Shown in pieces: positions 1-12,767 of a stretch of 64,000 nt of DNA. The DNA comes from Chlorokybus atmophyticus. Taxonomy: Eukaryota > Plantae > Mesostigma and Chlorokybus algae. The notes under the pieces are model-generated. The model was given only the letters and a program-made list of their open reading frames with translations, made no database searches and was not told the origin of the DNA. How positions within the stretch are numbered: position 1 is the stretch's first letter; every line of letters starts with the position of its first letter. The DNA is taken from assembly GCA_009103225.1 (NCBI GenBank), contig RHPI01001517.1:322505-386504 (forward strand). Direction: 5' to 3'. The translations under genes were made by a program, and so were the position numbers.

Positions 1-329
1 GGTGCTGTTGCCACTATTGACCACGGGGCCTTTAACGACACTGGCAGACTTGCAATGTTTACATTTACACAAAACATGCAAGGATGCACCAGCTTTCACC
101 GTTTTGGTCGCACCAATGGCATGGCCCAAGTGTGTGCTGCTGCACGGACGATCCCCTCCCGATGCCTAAATGGCTGCCGTCACTTAGGCCAAGATAACGC
201 CATACCACATAAACATTTTGTATTATATATGTTTACAATAGCAATATAATAATTCGCAGCAACTTGCCCACTTGCACATGAACTTGTTCAGTGCGTTGTC
301 AGACACGAGGCCCCACCCGCAATGATGTG

Positions 330-705
330 CACTAATGCACCCACATCACATTGGTCTACTTTATTGCGCAAAATCACAAGGTGCATAAGGTTCAAGCCAT
401 CAACAGTGTTCAGCCATTTAATATCGCCAAGTTGGAGTGACGCAGTATATCAGATATACAAGAAGCACAGCTACCGCGCACAAAGTGCCAATGTACAGCT
501 GCTAGCTGTAATTATGGCTGAGCCGTTGCAGCAACTGAGCTATGCTATAATGCTAATGGCCTTCACGCCCATTTAAGGGCTTACGGCAGTAGGCGTATAG
601 GTGCCCACTCTCCCCACGGGGATGACAAGTGCTCAAGTCAATTGACCCTCAAAGAAGCCACCTAAGAGTGATGGAGGTAGTCCTGTAGCTGCTGCGCCCT
701 GCACC
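330..705 (-). pseudogene. Degenerate DIRS remnant: gag zinc-knuckle end and probable pol start, interrupted at 706 by gypsy-1
   Basis: Minus strand near 575-640 reads TCHPRGESGHLYAYCRKP, versus TCYNCGEPGHLRAYCRKA in the DIRS gag at 33660-33710. A weak match LNTVDGLNLMHLVILRNKV to the RT start LNVADDGRKLRLIMDLRYV lies near 350-420. Confidence 0.6.
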
Positions 706-710
706 TAATG

Positions 711-1236
711 TGTAACAGCACCACCGTCGCCGGTGATGCCCCTTCAATCCTCTACCCCAACACCCACACCGCCTATGACAAGCCTTTCAACGGCGTGGAC
801 GCCAGTGAGCAGAGAACCAAAAGTCCCCACATCAGATTGATGTCACCTTTTATATCAAGAGTATATCAACTATATACCTCTCGATAATTAACTCACAAAC
901 AGACATCGACCCTACAGATAGGGTAGTTGGGAAATCTAGCGTGAGCCAATCACAGCTCAGATAAGGTACCTATCAATAAGGTACCTATCCAAAGATACCT
1001 ATCGTAAGGTACCTAACGAGATAGTGATCACATTTTATAAAATGTGACACTAAATAGGCTTGAATAAGCGGTCCTACACCCATTGGGACTTATTTAAGCT
1101 ATGATGAAGCATCATAGCCTTTAATAAGCGAGGAACCGTAGAAAAGAGGTATAAATAAGCATAATTAAATACTTATTCATACAAAATGTGTTATTTAGGT
1201 AGCAATAATACCCCTATTATTATTGCTCCCGTTACA
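711..1236 (-). repeat. Gypsy-1 3' LTR (526 bp)
   Basis: Direct repeat of 7199-7694 with an extra ~30-bp tandem expansion of ATAAGGTACCTATC units near 960-1010. Confidence 0.97.
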
Positions 1237-1250
1237 TTCCCCCCCACTTA
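1237..1250 (-). promoter_or_regulatory. Gypsy-1 polypurine tract (TAAGTGGGGGGGAA)
   Basis: Purine run abutting the 3' LTR on the minus strand. Confidence 0.92.
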
Positions 1251-1383
1251 GGTTTTCCACGTCCTCGTTGAACTCAAGTTGATCAGGCTTAATTTTGAGT
1301 AATTGTATCCAGTGAGATAGCAGGAAATGACAGGGTGGTACTGAAACTGCACTGCCAGTCTGTTATAAAACCAAGCCCACAGT

Positions 1384-4300
1384 TTATGGGACACGACATG
1401 AATCCCAATAAGCTCGAAGCAACTCGAGGCAGTGCGTAAGATGCCTGTCGGGCTCCCAACTGTTATGTTCCGGGCCATACCCTTTCCATTTCACCAAATA
1501 GCGAGTTGCGCGTCCTCGACTATTTAGCTTATGGTTTAATATAGCTTCCACCTCGTATTTGAGCTCGCTGTCCACCTCAACTGGCGGTGGTGGAGGCTGT
1601 GTTCTACCATCTGAGCGGTAAGGTTTCAACAAGTTCACATGGAACACGTTGTGTATACGCACACTTGAGGGCAATTGCAGTCGATAAGCGTGCGTACCAA
1701 CTCTATCAGTGATAGGGAAAGGACCTAACCATCGGGGCAGCAACTTGCGAGCACCCGTACCTTTGATGGTTATGTTCTTAGCGTTAAGCAAAACTTTATC
1801 GCCGACATCGAAAGTGGCCATTCTTCGATGTGTATCAGCATAAGCTTTTTGCCTGTCCTGTGCTTCTGACAGACACAGCTTGGCTCAAGCCAAATTTTCT
1901 TGCATATTAGTGGCAAATTCCTTTGCCGCTGGTACAGTCAGGGCATTGCGAGGTACACGCAATGACGCTGGTGTGTTCGGGCGAATCCCATAATTCAAGA
2001 TAAATGGGGTTTCCTTTACACTTTCATGCCACGCGTTGTTCACAGCGAACTCTGCCATTGGCAAGTATTTGTCCCAATCAGCATGGTTAGGAGCCACATA
2101 GTAGCGAAGCATTTCTTCCAGTATTGGATTTGTTTGCTCAGTTTGTCCGTCCGTTTGCGGGTGAAAAGCAGCCGACATGCTTTATTTTACCCCCAACAAT
2201 TCACAGACTTCTCTCTAAAACTTGGAGACAAACCGAGGATCACAATCTGTGACAAGTTCACGCGGTACACCGTGAACTCGTAAGACCGTGGACACAAATA
2301 AATGTGCCAAGTCCCGTGCACTCACAGTTGTGCAACACGGGGCAAAATGCACCATTTTAGTTAAATGGTCGACACAAACAACAATGGCAGTGTATTTGGC
2401 TGCTGTTTCAGGTAGGTCAGTAATCAAATCCATACTGACACTATCCCACTTTTGCTTTGAATTGCCAATGGTGTAAGCAATCCCGCTTGTTTTTGTGGTA
2501 GTGGCTTATTACGTTGACACACGTCACATGTGCGAACATATTGATCCACATCAGCTGACATTGACGGCCACCAGTATAACTGTTGCGCAAATTTGAGTGT
2601 TTTGTGTTTCCCTAAATGCCCAGCATACGGCGGGTCATGCACTGAATGTAAGCATTGCTTACGCAAGTCGCCCGAGGTGGGAATTGCCAACTGCTCCCCT
2701 TTATACCACAGATTGCTAACAGCAGTAAGCTATTGCAAGTTGGTTTGACTGCTAAACCAATCATCTGAGTTACAACATGTGGACACACTTCTCAAGAACG
2801 GATCTTCAGGATGTTGGACATTACGCGTACTTCGAGAGCGCGTAAGTGCCAAAAGAGCAGGGCTATGACTTAGTGGATCCGCCACATTGGTGCGACCCGG
2901 ACGGTAATGCCAAGTGAAAGTGAAACGAGAAATGAATTCATTCCACCTAGCTTGCCGCCGACAGATTTTGTTGCGTATGAAAGAATGTGAGCGGGTTGTG
3001 ATCAGTAATCACTGAAAACTCCACCCCTTTCAAGTAGCAACGCCATGTGCGCAGCGCGTGCACCACCCCGAGCAATTCCTGCTCAGTGGTTGTGTAATTA
3101 CGTTCAGCAGGAATGAACTTTCTGCTTTCATATGCACATGGTCTGTCATCCTGTAGAAGGACTGCCCCACAACCCAAGCCCAATGGTGGAAGCATCACTG
3201 ATTACCACAAAAGGCTTGGTGTGGTCGGGGAAGGCTAACACAGGGGCTTGTGTTAATGCATCTTTAATGCGTGTAAAAGCAACCTCGTGTGCCTCCGTCC
3301 ACACAAATTTAACATATTTTCTCAGTAAAGATGTTAAAGGATTTGCCATGCTAGAATATGCTCGCATGAACTTGCGGAAATAATTGGCTAGCCCCAAGAA
3401 AGCACGTAACTGATGTACATCCTTGGGTGGTGGCCAATCCTTCACCGCACACGTCTTTTTAGGATCTGGTTTCAATCCTTCTTTGCCAATCACATGCCCT
3501 AAAAAGGGTAGTTCATCCTTTGCAAAGTTGCATGTGGACAAATTGGCATAGAACTTGTGTTCGCGTAGCTTAGCTAGAATCAATTCCACATGCCTGTGGT
3601 GGTCCTCTCGGGTTTTGTTGAACACAATAATGTCGTCTAGATATACCAGTACAAACTTGTACAATTCATCAGCAAATACCGCGTTGATTGCTGTCTGAAA
3701 TGTAGCCGGTGCATTTGTATATCCGACGGGTGGATTTTAATTTGATGATAACCACTGGTCAAATGCAGTGTGCTGAACACTGTTGCACCTGACAGCTTAT
3801 CAAACAAATCATTGATCCGAGGCAAATGATATCTGTTTTTTACAGTTACCTTGTTCAACGCACGGTAATCAATACACATGCGTAGCTTGCCATTTTTTTG
3901 GGGCACAAACAAAATTGGTGCACCAAAAGGAGATATGCTCTTTGTTATTAAACCTCTCTCCAATAACTTTTTAAGCTGTTTTTCCATTTCCGCGTGTTCT
4001 AAGGGACTTAGCCTATAAATAGGCCGCCAAGGTGGCTTTGCCCCCTCTTCCAACGGAATGGTATGATGTATGTTCCTATCAGAAGGCAACTCCGGGAGTT
4101 CATCCTGAAATACATCTGCATATTGTTCCGTAAGCGATTGCACCTTAGGGTCAGTTACGGCCTGTTCTACAGGTGTCTCTACCTGTCGTAAGTGCATCAA
4201 ATATATTTCCTCACGTTTGCGCACGCAACGTTTCAGTTGCATAGCAGAGAGGAGCGGAAAATTGTCGCGAGCAACACGTGCGAGTACAGGTGCGATTAAC

Positions 4301-4662
4301 GTCACCTTACGTTTACCCTTACGAAGGGTGCACGTGATTGCTTAAAAGTCCAATTGCAAACCTCCTTCGGTGTGCCACTGTTCACCCAAAACAACATCCA
4401 CCCCGGGGATACCCATATCCACCATGATGAAAGTTGGTCGAGTCTTGTGGCTATTAGTAAAAAAACGCCCCTTCACCTCCCCAATTGCATTAAGTGTGGA
4501 ACCAGCAGCACGTACATACAACGTGAATAGTGTGAAAAGTATATTACGTTTCACCCAAGCATATTCAACAAAATTATGGTTTGCACCAGTATCAATCAAT
4601 GCTGTACATAGTGTACCCATAAGTTGACTCTCAAATCTCCATTTGAGAGGAAATTTTATCAA
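1384..4662 (-). pseudogene. pol: Gypsy-1 pol: protease, RT, RNase H, integrase, chromodomain (several frameshifts/stops)
   Basis: ALIDTGANHNF (PR), LRMCIDYRALN and VYLDDI (RT), YESRKFIPAERNY (RH), HDPPYAGH...CDVC and FHPQTDGQTE (IN), YEVEAIL...YLVKWKGYGPEHNSWEP (chromodomain). Confidence 0.96.
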
Positions 4663-4720
4663 GAAGTACAGAGTTTTTTGAGTCGTTCTGCTCGACTAAG
4701 TTACCAACCATGGACAATTC

Positions 4721-5906
4721 CTATTTCTTGTCCCTCTGCTGCTTGGCCTTCTGTGCATTCTGCTTTGCATAGCACTTGGCCTCCCCATGACCTGTCTTTT
4801 TGCAGAAACTGCAAGTGATGATGGATTTGGCCGCGTTGTAAGGGCCATCAAGATGAGATGTTTTCGCCTTTTTCACAAAAGGTTTGTTATCAGTGGCCGG
4901 GCGCTTTGCAGCTGAAACCGGGGCTGCCTTTTTTGCCGTGGTTTGCATGTTTGCGTGAGAGCGCTTTACACTGTCCACAGCAGCAACCATCTGCATCAGC
5001 ATTGGTAAATCCGTCGAGGCCCACTCTTGCAAACTCGCGGGGTTGACGGCCACATGCTGTACGAGATCTGTGTCCAAGCCACGCCTGAACATATTCAGCT
5101 GATCAGCATCACTGATAGGTAGTTTGCCAGCATTGATCTTGCTGACAAACGACTGAAAATTCTGGATATACTGCTGAACAGGACGCCCGTTTTGACGCAG
5201 GTTGTGCAGCTGGTTGCGAGCAACCTGGGCAGGATCTGCGCCACCACAGCGCTGCTCCATGAAAGGACACAACTGATTCACTTCTCGCCCGAGGTTCGTA
5301 TCCCGTTGCTTACGGCGGTACCACTCTGCCAGAGCATCGTTTGAGATCAGCAACTCAGCTACACGCAACTTCCCCTCCTCAGAAATGTGAAGGGAGTTGA
5401 CATAGTGTCTCAGCTTCACGAGCCAGTCGATAATTGCCGCTTGTTTGTTGGGAACAAACTCGGCAGGTTGAGCAAGCGCCTGATCAGGTGGACCACTATC
5501 AGAGCGTTGAAGGCGCTTGATCATGTTCAGAACACGTTTGCCTTCCCATCGACCCCTCCCAATCTCGCCCCATAAAGGTGGTGAGCTTTGAAATCTTTTC
5601 CGCCACATGAAAAAGGAAGTTGACGAGCGAGACAATTGCCTCACGAGGCTCCTCATCATAGGTGCCAAGAAAATGGTCCATCGACTGTTTTGTCAAGCGA
5701 ATTGAGATTTTAGGCTGCACGAATGATGGTGGTGGTGGTGGTCCGTTTGGTTCCACCAAGCCATCCACATCCTTAGCAGCATGAGACTCATAAGGTGCAT
5801 CATCCGGGTTGGAAATATCCTCCATGGATGGAAATTCCTCCTCACGGGATAATTGCTCTTTTTGCGAGCTTTCCCCCTTTGAGGTGGGCACCGGGTTCTC
5901 TTCCAT
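4721..5906 (-). pseudogene. gag: Gypsy-1 gag with CCHC zinc knuckle; N-terminus in a second frame
   Basis: ORF 4721-5668 has DPAQVARNQLHNLRQNGR and CSFCKKTGHGEAKC; ORF 5499-5906 supplies an ATG-initiated N-terminus in another frame. Confidence 0.9.
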
Positions 5907-7180
5907 TTGTCTGCAAAACAGGCAAAATGGAAAGGTGAGAACCTCACCAATGGACCAGGTTCAACGAGAGGAATCAAAATGACCCCAAGTTGTAGAAGTC
6001 CCAAACAGAGTCCAAACCAGTCCTAAATTAGGAAAGGTTGGATCTGGAGTGTCACCATACAGAACAAGTCTGAGTGGGACCAGAATGTCCTAACCCTGTG
6101 TTGTCCTCAACTAAGTCCCAATCTCCAGGCCGAAGCCAGAGGGGGAGGGTTTCAGACCAACAGGGTTTGGGAACAGATTGTCCTAGAATTTCCCCAAAAC
6201 TGTCCTAACCAAGTCCCGATCTCCAGGCTGAAGCCAGAGGGGGAGGGTTTGGGAACGGTTTGGTTCGGAACTTGCGGACCCGGGTCAAGCGACCCGGAAA
6301 AGCAGCTGGCAGGTGACAGGTACATCACATGCATGCAACAGGCAAGCCACAGGTATGCAACAGGCAAGCCGTACGGTGACTAAGAGGGTCTTTACACTTA
6401 AGGTTGGAGTCCCACGAGTAGCGGACGTGGCGGTGCACTTTGTACTAATCGCCGAAAACACCATATACACTAGCCAATTAGGCCGCCGGTTAGCGTCCAG
6501 ACGCTTAACGTTGATGCCAGCGTGGCTAGCTTTGCGCAATGCAATGTAGTGCTTGGCTAATTTTTCTTAAACCACCTCTCGAGGTGCTTTAAGCAAAGTT
6601 AAGACGGGCCGCGGGCGTAGGACTCGCGTCTGAGTGGTTCATAGTCTTACCGGCGGTAATGATCGTTATATAAGCGCCGTTTCTGCTGTCCTTAACATGA
6701 TTTTCATTGCCATAAACCCTAAAACCGGCGAACATCATACACAAGTAACCTAACCTTGATCGGGCTAATGTAAACGCTCCGGCGGGGTTCAAGCTAACCT
6801 CTGCTCACGTGGCAAGGTTAGGCGCTGCTAACCTTAGCGCCGGTAACCTTAGGTGTAAAGACCCTCTAAATGTGACATGCACTGGCAAGCAATAATAGTG
6901 CACTGGCTAGTCACTGTGTGATGTGTATAAAAGTACACACGTGCACCTGGCAAGCACCTGGCAAGCAGCTGACAAGCAGGCAAGCAGGCAAGTTAGCGAC
7001 GTGTGTGATGGTACCTCACACGTGGAGAGGCCGCCTCTTTGATGGGTGGCTTCAACGTGAAGGTAGTGCAGGGAAGCAAACTTGAAGCTTGGGCTGCGTG
7101 GACGAATAGGAGGCCGCCGCCGACGCCTTCTGAATGGCCGAAAGCAGGTCCCCGCCCCTAATAAGTACTCACGTCACCCC

Positions 7181-7197
7181 CCAGCTTCTGAATACCA
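7181..7197 (-). promoter_or_regulatory. Gypsy-1 primer-binding site, tRNA-iMet-like with extra bases (TGGTATTCAGAAGCTGG)
   Basis: Begins 1 nt inside the 5' LTR end with TGGTA; resembles TGGTATCRGAGC with two inserted bases. Confidence 0.7.
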
Positions 7198-7198
7198 A

Positions 7199-7694
7199 TG
7201 TAACAGCACCACCGTCGCCGATGATGCCCCTTCAATCCTCTACCCCAACACCCACACCGCCTATGACAAGCCTTTCAACGGCGTGGCCGCCACTGAGTAG
7301 AGAACTGAAAGTCCCCACATCAGATTGATGTCACCTTTTATATCAAGAGTATATCAACTATATACCTCTCGATAATTAACTCATAACTAGACATCGACCC
7401 TACAGATAGGGTAGTTAGGAAATCTAGCGTGAGCCAATCACAGCTCAGATAAGATACCTATCGTAAGGTACCTAACGAGATAGTGATCACATTGTATCAA
7501 ATGTGACACTAAATAGGCTTGAATAAGCGGTTCTACACCCATTGGGACTTATTTAAGCTATGATAAAGCATCATAGCCTTTAATAAGCGAGGAACCGTAG
7601 AAAAGAGGTATAAATAAGCATATTTAAATACTTATTCATACAAAATGTGTTATTTAGGTAGCAATAATACCCCTATTATTATAGCTCCCTTACA
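7199..7694 (-). repeat. Gypsy-1 5' LTR (496 bp)
   Basis: Direct repeat of 711-1236, followed by TSD TAATG. Confidence 0.97.
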
Positions 7695-7699
7695 TAATG

Positions 7700-8000
7700 T
7701 ATAGGATTATGAGTAGCGGGGTCCCAACCTCGCCCTTTGTGAGGATGGTAGGCAGGCCGATCATTCGACGTAGGCTGCGCCGCATTCACTTAGGTTGTTG
7801 CCTTTGAAAGGCGCTTCACCTCAGCATACAACAAGTTGTTTGACCCCAAGGGTTTACGTGCCAACTCAACCACCACCTTCTAATTGTGGGCATTATCCAC
7901 TTCCACATATGGATCTATAGCCATACCTCGTCGATTAATGATGCAAATGGCATGTGTTAGCATTACTGGGTTATATATACGTCGGCTTGAAGCCTTTGAG
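7700..8000 (-). pseudogene. Degenerate DIRS gag, continuous with 560-705 once gypsy-1 is removed
   Basis: Minus strand reads PYVEVDNAHN*KVVVEL...AAQP...PAYHPHKGRG, versus RYVEVANKHSWKVVE...AAQP...PAYNPNKGRG at 33370-33545. Confidence 0.75.
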
Positions 8001-8097
8001 TTGAGTGCCAAGCATACCCTCGTTTTGCAAAATACCCTCATCCATCACATGCAAATGCAAACACAACATGTGCTTCTGTGGGTAGTCGTGATATGAA

Positions 8098-8191
<94 letters not shown>
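8098..8191. repeat. Poly-G tract (~94 nt), possibly an assembly artefact
   Basis: Pure G run; other G/C runs in this window flank N gaps. Confidence 0.8.
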
Positions 8192-8192
<1 letters not shown>

Positions 8193-8214
8193 GTCATGCC
8201 ATTATACTTCGTGC

Positions 8215-8300
8215 GGGCATATGTATTCATGAAGCGCATGAAGTGCATGCTCATAATTTGAAAATCTCAGGACAAGTTGTGAAACTCAAGTGCTCTAGGC
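8215..8300 (+). repeat. Degenerate copy of the DIRS terminal repeat A
   Basis: TTCATGAAGCGCATGAAGTGCATGCTCAT matches 15115-15145. Confidence 0.6.
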
Positions 8301-11300
8301 GTATTAAATGCACTAAAGGATGCCACTCGTCGCATATGAATGTACGGCCTTATGGCCCTCTTTGCGCATGCTATGACACACATGGTTTGCATCGCCGTGG
8401 AACAGTGTTGTCGCCCACGTTCATGCACCTAAGTAGTTAGCTCTATGTTGGCACACTACGATGCGCGAGTTTTTAAGACAAATTTGAGCAGCATTTGTCT
8501 CGAGAGTCTCTAGCAATGGCCACGGGGGAGGTGAAGCGAGTGGTGCTGGTTGCGGACTGCATGAGAGGGTGGAGAAACTGCGCGGTTGTTGGGTGTAAAT
8601 GGGCGGGGGATTGTTGAGCGCGTGGAAGTGTTGTTGATGGTGCGTGCGGTTGATGCTGGTGCAGTGTCGAGGGGAGGAGGAAGTGGATGGGCAGAGGTGT
8701 TCACGAAGGGGGAACTCTTGTTTTCTGCATGGTTGCTGATGGCACATGATGTAGGTGTCCAAAGTCCCCGCGAAGTCCCAGCGAAAACAGAATGGGGGGG
8801 AGGCAGCTGACAGAATCCGCACCGTGGTGGTGGTAATCTGCCCTTCAAAGAGGCTGCGGATGGTGATTGTGGAAGGGAGGGTGGTGGTGTGAGGGGGTGA
8901 AGCTGTAGTGGGTTGATGGGGTGTTAGAATGACGGTAAGGAGATGAGTTGGGAAGAAGGGGTTCAATGCTTCCGTACTTGTCAATAATGTGGAGGAGGGC
9001 TGAGAGGATGCACGGATGATCGCCATAGCATGTTTCCTCAACTCCGAAATCTAAAATCTGCCCATGGCAGAACGCAGACTGGCTTCCCTCCTAGATCTTG
9101 CAACTCCCCTCTACGTGCTTTCCTAAAGACTCTAGCGACAGCGGCTGATGATGTCAACACTGCCTGTATCTCCCCCTTCAAAGGTAGTGTGTAGAGATAA
9201 TGTCATGTTCTCTGGCTGAGTCAATGCAAGAAGACTCAATCAAAGATAAGCGTGTAACGAGTGTCTGTAACTCCACATATCAGAAGCGAACAACCACTGC
9301 TCGCTCCTCTCAAATTGACTGCAAATCTGAGTAATGCTCTTGATTATACTCACCATCTACTACACCATCGGTCTCAACACATGAGTGGAGCAACGATGGG
9401 GAGGAAGCGTGATGTGAGAGTAGATCTGATGTGCTAGGAGCAAGCCTAAACTTAGCTGATGGCAAGGCATGAGGTGAGTCTCTTTGGACTGCATCCACCC
9501 AGGATTTTCGTTCAGTATTTACTACAGACGCTCGGGCTGCAGTCTCCGGTGTGCTCTTCAATGCATATGCATCAGTGGGGCCTCATGGCTGTTACCGAGC
9601 CATCCACCCACGCCGCTACCACCACCCTCTTCGCCACCACCTACCGCTGCAGCAGCCGCCGCTGCAGCAGCCAGATAAATGTAAATCCGAGCGTGAGTTT
9701 CTAAGTTCCGAAATTCACGGCTACCGCGGGCGCTAGAACGCCGTCGCTACTGCCGCCGCCGTGGAAGGAGGGGTGAGGGATGATGATAAAAGAGGGGTGA
9801 GGAGGTGGTAGATGACTACGGGGTGGAGAGGGTAGACCCCCACGCCCCGACCATTGCCGCCGCCGCCACCTGTTCAACCTGTTAAATACCCTCCCCCCCC
9901 CATCCCCCCAAACCCCCAAAACAGACGCTCTTTGCATTGCCGAATTGGGTCAGCATTAATACGCGCATGTGCACGCGAAACAGCCTTGCAATGCTTGCTG
10001 CTAATTCAACATCTTCATTTGACAAGTAGGTCACCGCCTCACAACTGGTTTGCCACTTCAACAACAGCGCCCGTGTACCATGCTTGGACCGATAGCTTTT
10101 GAACTTCTTTTTTGTGAATTTGAATCATCTTAAATGCGTGCTTTGCGTAGCCTATGACGCTGGCTGCACTGGTGTTGTTCGACTTTGATGCGGTTGCCGA
10201 TGACTTCCATCAGCTCGATGAACATTGGCGGGCCAAGCTTGCACGCAACTAGCATTACCGTATATATGTAACTCGTTAACACCCGAAAGTGCTCGCTCAC
10301 CTGTGTGTGCGCGCATGTGTGTGTGAGTGTATGGTACAAGAGCGTAGTTGCACGTGCGTGTTTACTCAGATGCGTGTGCATGTGCGTGTGCACACGCACA
10401 CTTGCTTTGTGGTTTGCACACTTGTCATCGGCACTAACACACGCAACCATGAAACATAAATGCACGCTTACCTGCTGTTCTATAAGAAAGTCGTTTGCAG
10501 GCTGCTGAAGCGCATAGTCATATGAGACGCTCTCACCAAAAGCGTTTGCCTATGAACCTACTTGCAACTAATAGTCGTGCATTTGTTATCTTTAATGCAT
10601 CTGTAGCAACTTTATACTTGCGTTTGTGCACAGCGGTTGCAACGCCCTCTGCATGTTGCGGCTAGTGTGTAAGCGGCTCACTTGTACAGCGCAATATCAG
10701 GACTAAGTCACCAAGGCTTGCGCATCAAGGCTTACTAAGGCTCACCAAGGCTTGCGCACAATGCTTGCACCGTACAGCTGTTTCGTCTGTGAGCGTGCAC
10801 GTCTGTGCATGTGTGCTTTTGTGCGCGCTTGTATGCATGCCCCCCCCCCCTCCCCCGAAACAGCAAATTGTACAGAAGCATGCGCAGCTTCAAGAAGGCA
10901 CGCATCCGGCTGTAGGCTGGGCGCAGTCTTTACAACAGATCACCTGGACTCTCGGGTAAGCAGATTGGCGTTGGTGCTCGCCGGTACACGAGCTCTTGCC
11001 ACAAGACATCAACTTTACATGAGCCTGGCAAGTATGCGACTTCACTGCATGCGCACACGTGGATGCGTGCACAGTTGCTGGCAGACATATACTACGCAGA
11101 CCTTGTAGTGCGGCGGTTCTTGCCATAGCCATGTCGGCTACTGATGAGCGATGCAATTGGGGTTGGCCGTTGGTACAAAGATGTTCAGATGACTTGTTGT
11201 CGAACGACTTTGTGGTCATCACAAACAATAGCATGCGCAGCAACCGCTCAACTGTTAACATTCGACAATTGTCAGCATAGAGTTGCGTAACCATACTAGT

Positions 11301-12767
11301 GTTATTCAACACTCCACGTCAATGCAGAGACTCACTATGTTAACATGCAAAGTTCTGTTTCGCACGGCTTCCAACCCACAAATGCTGGCTACTTGTGCTC
11401 ACTTGTATGCTTGTTGTGAGAAAGTTGCACAAGGCTGGTGCTGTATTGGTGCGCATGCACACGCGCCTGTGCAACTTCAGTGAGCGAGGTTGCAAATTTT
11501 AAGTCACTGTGCCTCAGTCTTACTACCGTGCCCAGATGTTCAACGCTTACATGGCACATAACCTGGCGCTGTGTTAGGCGAGCGTCTACACAACGACGCT
11601 AGATGCTAGCACACCAAGCCAGATTACACCCCTTACACAATATGGCCAGCAGGCAAACTGACATGTGTGCTTGAAGAAACATATTTCTTCTGACCAAACA
11701 CGTTAAGTGTTCTTGTGTAAGTGGCAGTAGTGGCCCGAGATGAAGCATGCATGTAGCCGCCTTGATGCAGCTGGTTAGCAAATGCAAAGTTGACTACCAC
11801 ATTGAAATGACAATTAAAAACCATTGCAGTCGCTTGTTACCATAACGTTGTGACCAATGACCACACAAAAGCACAGTATACGTCGCAAGCCTGTCAAGTC
11901 CCAAGGACTGGTTTAAGTCATTTGCAGTACCTTACTCATGTAATAAGTAAGAAAGACTAAGTGAGGATTTCGTATAGTCATGGTGTGTAGAGCACCTGGT
12001 ATACGTGCTTATGAAGTTAATTCTTATGCACTTAGTGTATACGGACCTAGCAGCTATATATGGCATTGTCTACGAGTACAAGATTGGTCAGTGTCAATGC
12101 GCAGAGTCGCTTAGGCAGCAAGTGTGCTGCCTATGTATGATTTTTTTGAGGGTGGACAAAGTTAGCCTGTGCTGACAAGTTAGCGCATCGAAAGCAAGAC
12201 CTTGTTGGTCTTGGATTTTTGATGTGCCAGGTCGGACAGCAGCAGGTAGTATATGGGCGTGACTACCATTTTGTGGTGGCAATCAGTTGTTGGCCTTGCG
12301 GAGCTACTTGTATATGGGGTCCCTGGCTGAAGCTGTTGAAGGGTGCTCTCCCATTAATGACATGGGGGGTGCTGCTTGTTGTAATGTGTGCCGTAACTTG
12401 AATTTCTTGTGTAGAGGTGTTATGTCCCTCACCAGCACGTAAGTGAGAGGTCACCTCGCACTTACTTGCTGGCGAGGGTTGGCAACATGACAAAGCCAGC
12501 CCGTCGTCTCAGCCACCAGTCGGTTGCAACCCATTAGCAAGCTTAGTACAATTAATGCGCAAGCCACGAGGGCCTTTGTAGTTGTAGGGGCAACCTCTCA
12601 ACTAGCCGATCGCCACACTCATGATCCTCCTTGTCCCCCTCCTCCCCGCCTTCTTATCCTTCGCCCCGAACTCGCACTCCGTGCAATATCAAGCGCTACG
12701 CCCATGCATGCCCCAGCCTCAGCCCCTGTTTCACGGCTAAAGCATTGGGGGGCGGGGGGGGCACATC

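Larger units (their letters stand above)
711..7694 (-). mobile_element. Gypsy-1: full-length Ty3/gypsy chromovirus, frameshifted
   Basis: LTRs 711-1236 and 7199-7694 (TG...CA); TSD TAATG at 706-710 and 7695-7699; PPT and PBS on the minus strand; order gag-PR-RT-RH-IN-chromodomain. Confidence 0.97.

Noticed and set aside
6713-6722. Telomere-like AAACCCTAA
   Set aside because: Single occurrence, expected by chance.
8045-8440. Poly-Pro/poly-Gly ORFs
   Set aside because: They are translations of a G homopolymer, likely a sequencing or assembly artefact.
8421-9560. Possible LINE ORF1/endonuclease remnant
   Set aside because: A/C-rich strand bias only; no recognisable domain motifs.
9600-12520. 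Host gene exons
   Set aside because: Scattered splice-like sites among CA/TG and GC low-complexity sequence; no phase-consistent model could be built.
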